DNA of 64,000 nucleotides from Cyanobacteriota bacterium. GTDB lineage: Bacteria; Cyanobacteriota; Cyanobacteriia; Cyanobacteriales; Microcoleaceae. A model generated the notes under the pieces. It ran no database searches, had not been told where the DNA came from, and saw nothing but the letters and a program-made list of their open reading frames with translations. Below are positions 62,601-64,000 of the stretch, one piece after another; position 1 is the first letter of the stretch, and every line of letters starts with the position of its first letter. The position numbers and the translations under genes were made by a program. The stretch lies in the NCBI GenBank assembly GCA_043767465.1, contig JAYUGZ010000156.1:2857-66856 (forward strand), read 5' to 3'.

Positions 62601-63138
62601 TAAACTGCCTATTGGTGCAACCTTTGAAGCAACTATCGAATCTTCACCCAAAAGCAGTGCTCTCATTTTAAACATCGATCCGGCATCGCTGAGGTTAATT
62701 GAAGAAGCGGCTGAAGTGGAAATCCTGTCAGTAAAAGGCAAATCTGCACCCAATAGAGAGGGCTTCGGCGAAGACATTCGACCGGGGAAATCGCTATCTC
62801 AAATTTCCCAACAGCAACAGTCTCAAGCTCAACAAAAAAATTGCGATTCCGCAACTATTTCTGAATTAATGCAAGCTGCGATTGGCAATGCCTATCAGAA
62901 AACAGGCGCTATTGAATTTCCAGTTGGTTCTTGGGGTGTATTCGTCAACAGCAAAACCCAAAAATGTACCGTTGAGGATGAAAGTGGCGCTATTATTTTT
63001 GCGGCTGACTTAAAAAGTGAGCGAATTATCAAAGGATTATCTGAAGAGAACAGCGCTAAGTTTGTCGCAGAAATCTTAGAAAACACCACTCCTAAACGCT
63101 TTAAAAAGAGCCGTTTGCCGGCTACTGTCGAACTTTAG
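59605..63138 (+). CDS. Putative single-chain two-barrel RNA polymerase (cellular RdRP/YonO-like)
   Basis: Ordered motifs TGDCHGKIS, PFQFR, AKGTL, VIVTRYP, QCDFDGD, IGWVA. Confidence 0.72.
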   Translation: MTKKHSQSLEPTCQYTELLAGVGLKIPVFDMSLENGKEKGRYQIEPEILRNSMLELLFKPEELATLTIVKPDPDDSSLDPLKNIDFGDGIARRVAFSSGKNVYFADKELSARLLSVFTTQPDHSCRYGSLLVSSCTQGVQLLDCSVSGETLRVKIVDSQSDDPSEKALAQRYQTGDCHGKISPTLAQQLDGIHNRPFQFRFAWLSDWEQENCATPQINFLAKGTLLPDDQLTDNLGYDIIMDRSSIKGVAALQLAELIPCGDYEFPKAVLGNRGNAKVTEYENSWQFSIWYSESAIQTDIATPTKLEAQKLADLQNNRLQLAKYLVEQHDKKVAFQSNIHEDNNGLEDETDEKAQRNEYRLISILRNDKLGQLLDFPKVVDFMQEQLAKKWRDLAIKGAIHHGSAMAQPCEDLKPGTIVAPHLKNGTEVIVTRYPIVSKDNIRRYTVDNKSHPELMQYKGCAFIRPDQAMQHHQCDFDGDQLVITPASKLPNIASETRHANEENEYEAVSKRSKIDYTKATDQEGNRKYTKLRQIAVAIAHNKIGWVATLIGRVQSSVPQPKQPTNLFNHKKQKLLGQLFDALQIEVDSPKSATRTEDYHPNLLNLAKQWSNEYPSYLFDFKDDPRLYKTVPLPAEDNAAISCIARSAVNPEWEPTRLTSRHRDEFRYLFPSPKDLDEREDWEKYYVTWAKDTKERYRERMAEIYEQQGDDLKAIREAVGKLYESLRTDVADAFPHPKERMLAASALWHVETTNPNLDVPRKACLELSRQLKIEFHLESDYERLHEALPKDTYILSVPFQKLARDGSGQIKRDSKRQPISTDLAGEWKEKLDNKGIKYEASLHPSLPMVNFALLDPNEKLVEVLDQEFGNNENDIDSLNLTYRDRLGRTQTANSRIVAPASYNWVESKDSQTPKAALVLNLFSDEICQQLQTFQFETVELIGQKYNDFKDVDFSTEKWKGKRLSFEVDAFKSDTGNYRDGSPIVKLNDRQLAMFSPNSPKLPIGATFEATIESSPKSSALILNIDPASLRLIEEAAEVEILSVKGKSAPNREGFGEDIRPGKSLSQISQQQQSQAQQKNCDSATISELMQAAIGNAYQKTGAIEFPVGSWGVFVNSKTQKCTVEDESGAIIFAADLKSERIIKGLSEENSAKFVAEILENTTPKRFKKSRLPATVEL

Positions 63139-63308
63139 CTGTTTACCAGCCGATGTCCCAGTGCGATCGCCCGTTCCCCAAGTACGAACAGTTGATCGTA
63201 TTGGGATTGTCAGGAATGTGAGCATCAGTTAGCTTGATTGAGGAGAAAGTGCGATCGCCTTCTCTAAAAAATCTGCGCTCGCACCCCAACCCCAACCCAC
63301 ATCAGCTA

Positions 63309-63638
63309 TTAAGCCACTGAAAAATCAGTAAATTGCCGCACATAAGGCGTTCTAAATCCCAAAACAATCTCTGTTTTTGGTACACCTAATTCTACCAATT
63401 CGTTAGCAATTCCTGCTTCAGTTAAATCGCGCTGAATCCAAATTTTTCCATCTTTGATATCTACATGAACTACACAACCATAAACCCTCTCTTGGTTTTC
63501 CCAACCTAAATGAACTAAAAGATAGCGATCGCTCTCTTTATCGAAAATTAACTCTTTTTCCGTATCTTCAGATAAATGATTGGCTGTATGTCTTTTTAAG
63601 ACAGTCTGGACTAACTCTGAATAGTTTATTCCTTCCAT
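63309..63638 (-). CDS. XisI-family protein
   Basis: ELIFDKESDRYLLVHLGW...VYGCVVHVDIKDGKIWIQRDLTE.GIANELVELGVPK.EIVLGF; likely ATG at 63638. Confidence 0.9.
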   Translation of the reverse strand: MEGINYSELVQTVLKRHTANHLSEDTEKELIFDKESDRYLLVHLGWENQERVYGCVVHVDIKDGKIWIQRDLTEAGIANELVELGVPKTEIVLGFRTPYVRQFTDFSVA

Positions 63639-63865
63639 AAAACAATCTCCTGTTGGCTTGCTCTCCACTCACAATACAGGTCAAATGTAAAGTTTTATTA
63701 AATGTGCAAAAAGCCCAGGAATTTTACAAATACATTCAGGATTTACGCAATTGCTCCCTTGCACTCATCACACTATACCCCCAATTGGATCGATCCAATT
63801 GAACCAGTAAAAAACACCTGTTGTCAGGAAGCCAGAACTCATGGAAATAATTTAGGTTTGAAAAA

Positions 63866-63990
63866 GGAAGGGGAGGGGAGTGGGGAGTGGGGGAGAATAG
63901 GAGAATTTGACACTTATTTCCTACGAATGCTTGTCTAACTGTACGGCAAAGCCTTCCCACTCTCCCCCTCTCCCCATTCCCCTTCCCTAT
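63866..63990. repeat. Dispersed repeat, copy 4
   Basis: G arm, GAGAATTTGACACTTATTTCCT, AACTGTACGGCA (shared with copy 3), C arm. Confidence 0.75.
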
Positions 63991-64000
63991 CCAAGGAGAA

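Noticed and set aside
59605-63138. DFDGD read as an rpoC/rpoC1 fragment
   Set aside because: The context is QCDFDGD, not NADFDGD, and the upstream motifs match the RdRP-like series rather than beta-prime.
63309-63668. fdxN-type excision element implied by XisI
   Set aside because: No XisH or XisF recombinase in the window; orphan XisI genes are common in cyanobacteria.
1-64000. CRISPR array, tRNA or rRNA
   Set aside because: No regularly spaced repeat-spacer series or recognisable RNA gene was seen; the repeats found are two-copy or dispersed.

Overview
Cyanobacterial plasmid or mobile-element DNA: the HIP1 octamer GCGATCGC is abundant and G-rich/C-rich short repeats occur. Left arm (1-18 kb): a translationally coupled three-gene operon (giant TPR-CHAT protease, small protein, membrane-anchored protein running off the window) resembling a CATRA-type conflict system, a Ycf46-like AAA ATPase, an acidic-tailed protein, a ParB-like protein, and a ParM/adaptor/P-loop ATPase/DUF6753-like operon. 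Middle (18.1-45.2 kb): a mostly GC-richer island between two related IS5-family elements. It carries a minus-strand glycogen-to-acetate cluster (USP, xfp, HPF, class I aldolase, Shb17-like phosphatase, tpiA, pgi, tal, pgm, glgP, glgX, ackA, P-type H+-ATPase), with inserted genes, gene fragments and an IS630 inside a ppk2 remnant. Right arm (45.2-64 kb): mobC-relaxase, a Bro-N protein split by an IS607/TnpB element, recG, Fic, a membrane-anchored nuclease, Gp157, XisI, and a 1177-aa protein carrying the motif series of single-chain two-barrel (RdRP/YonO-like) RNA polymerases, which is the most unusual gene here. No rRNA, tRNA or CRISPR array was seen. All family calls come from motif recognition by eye, not from database searches.
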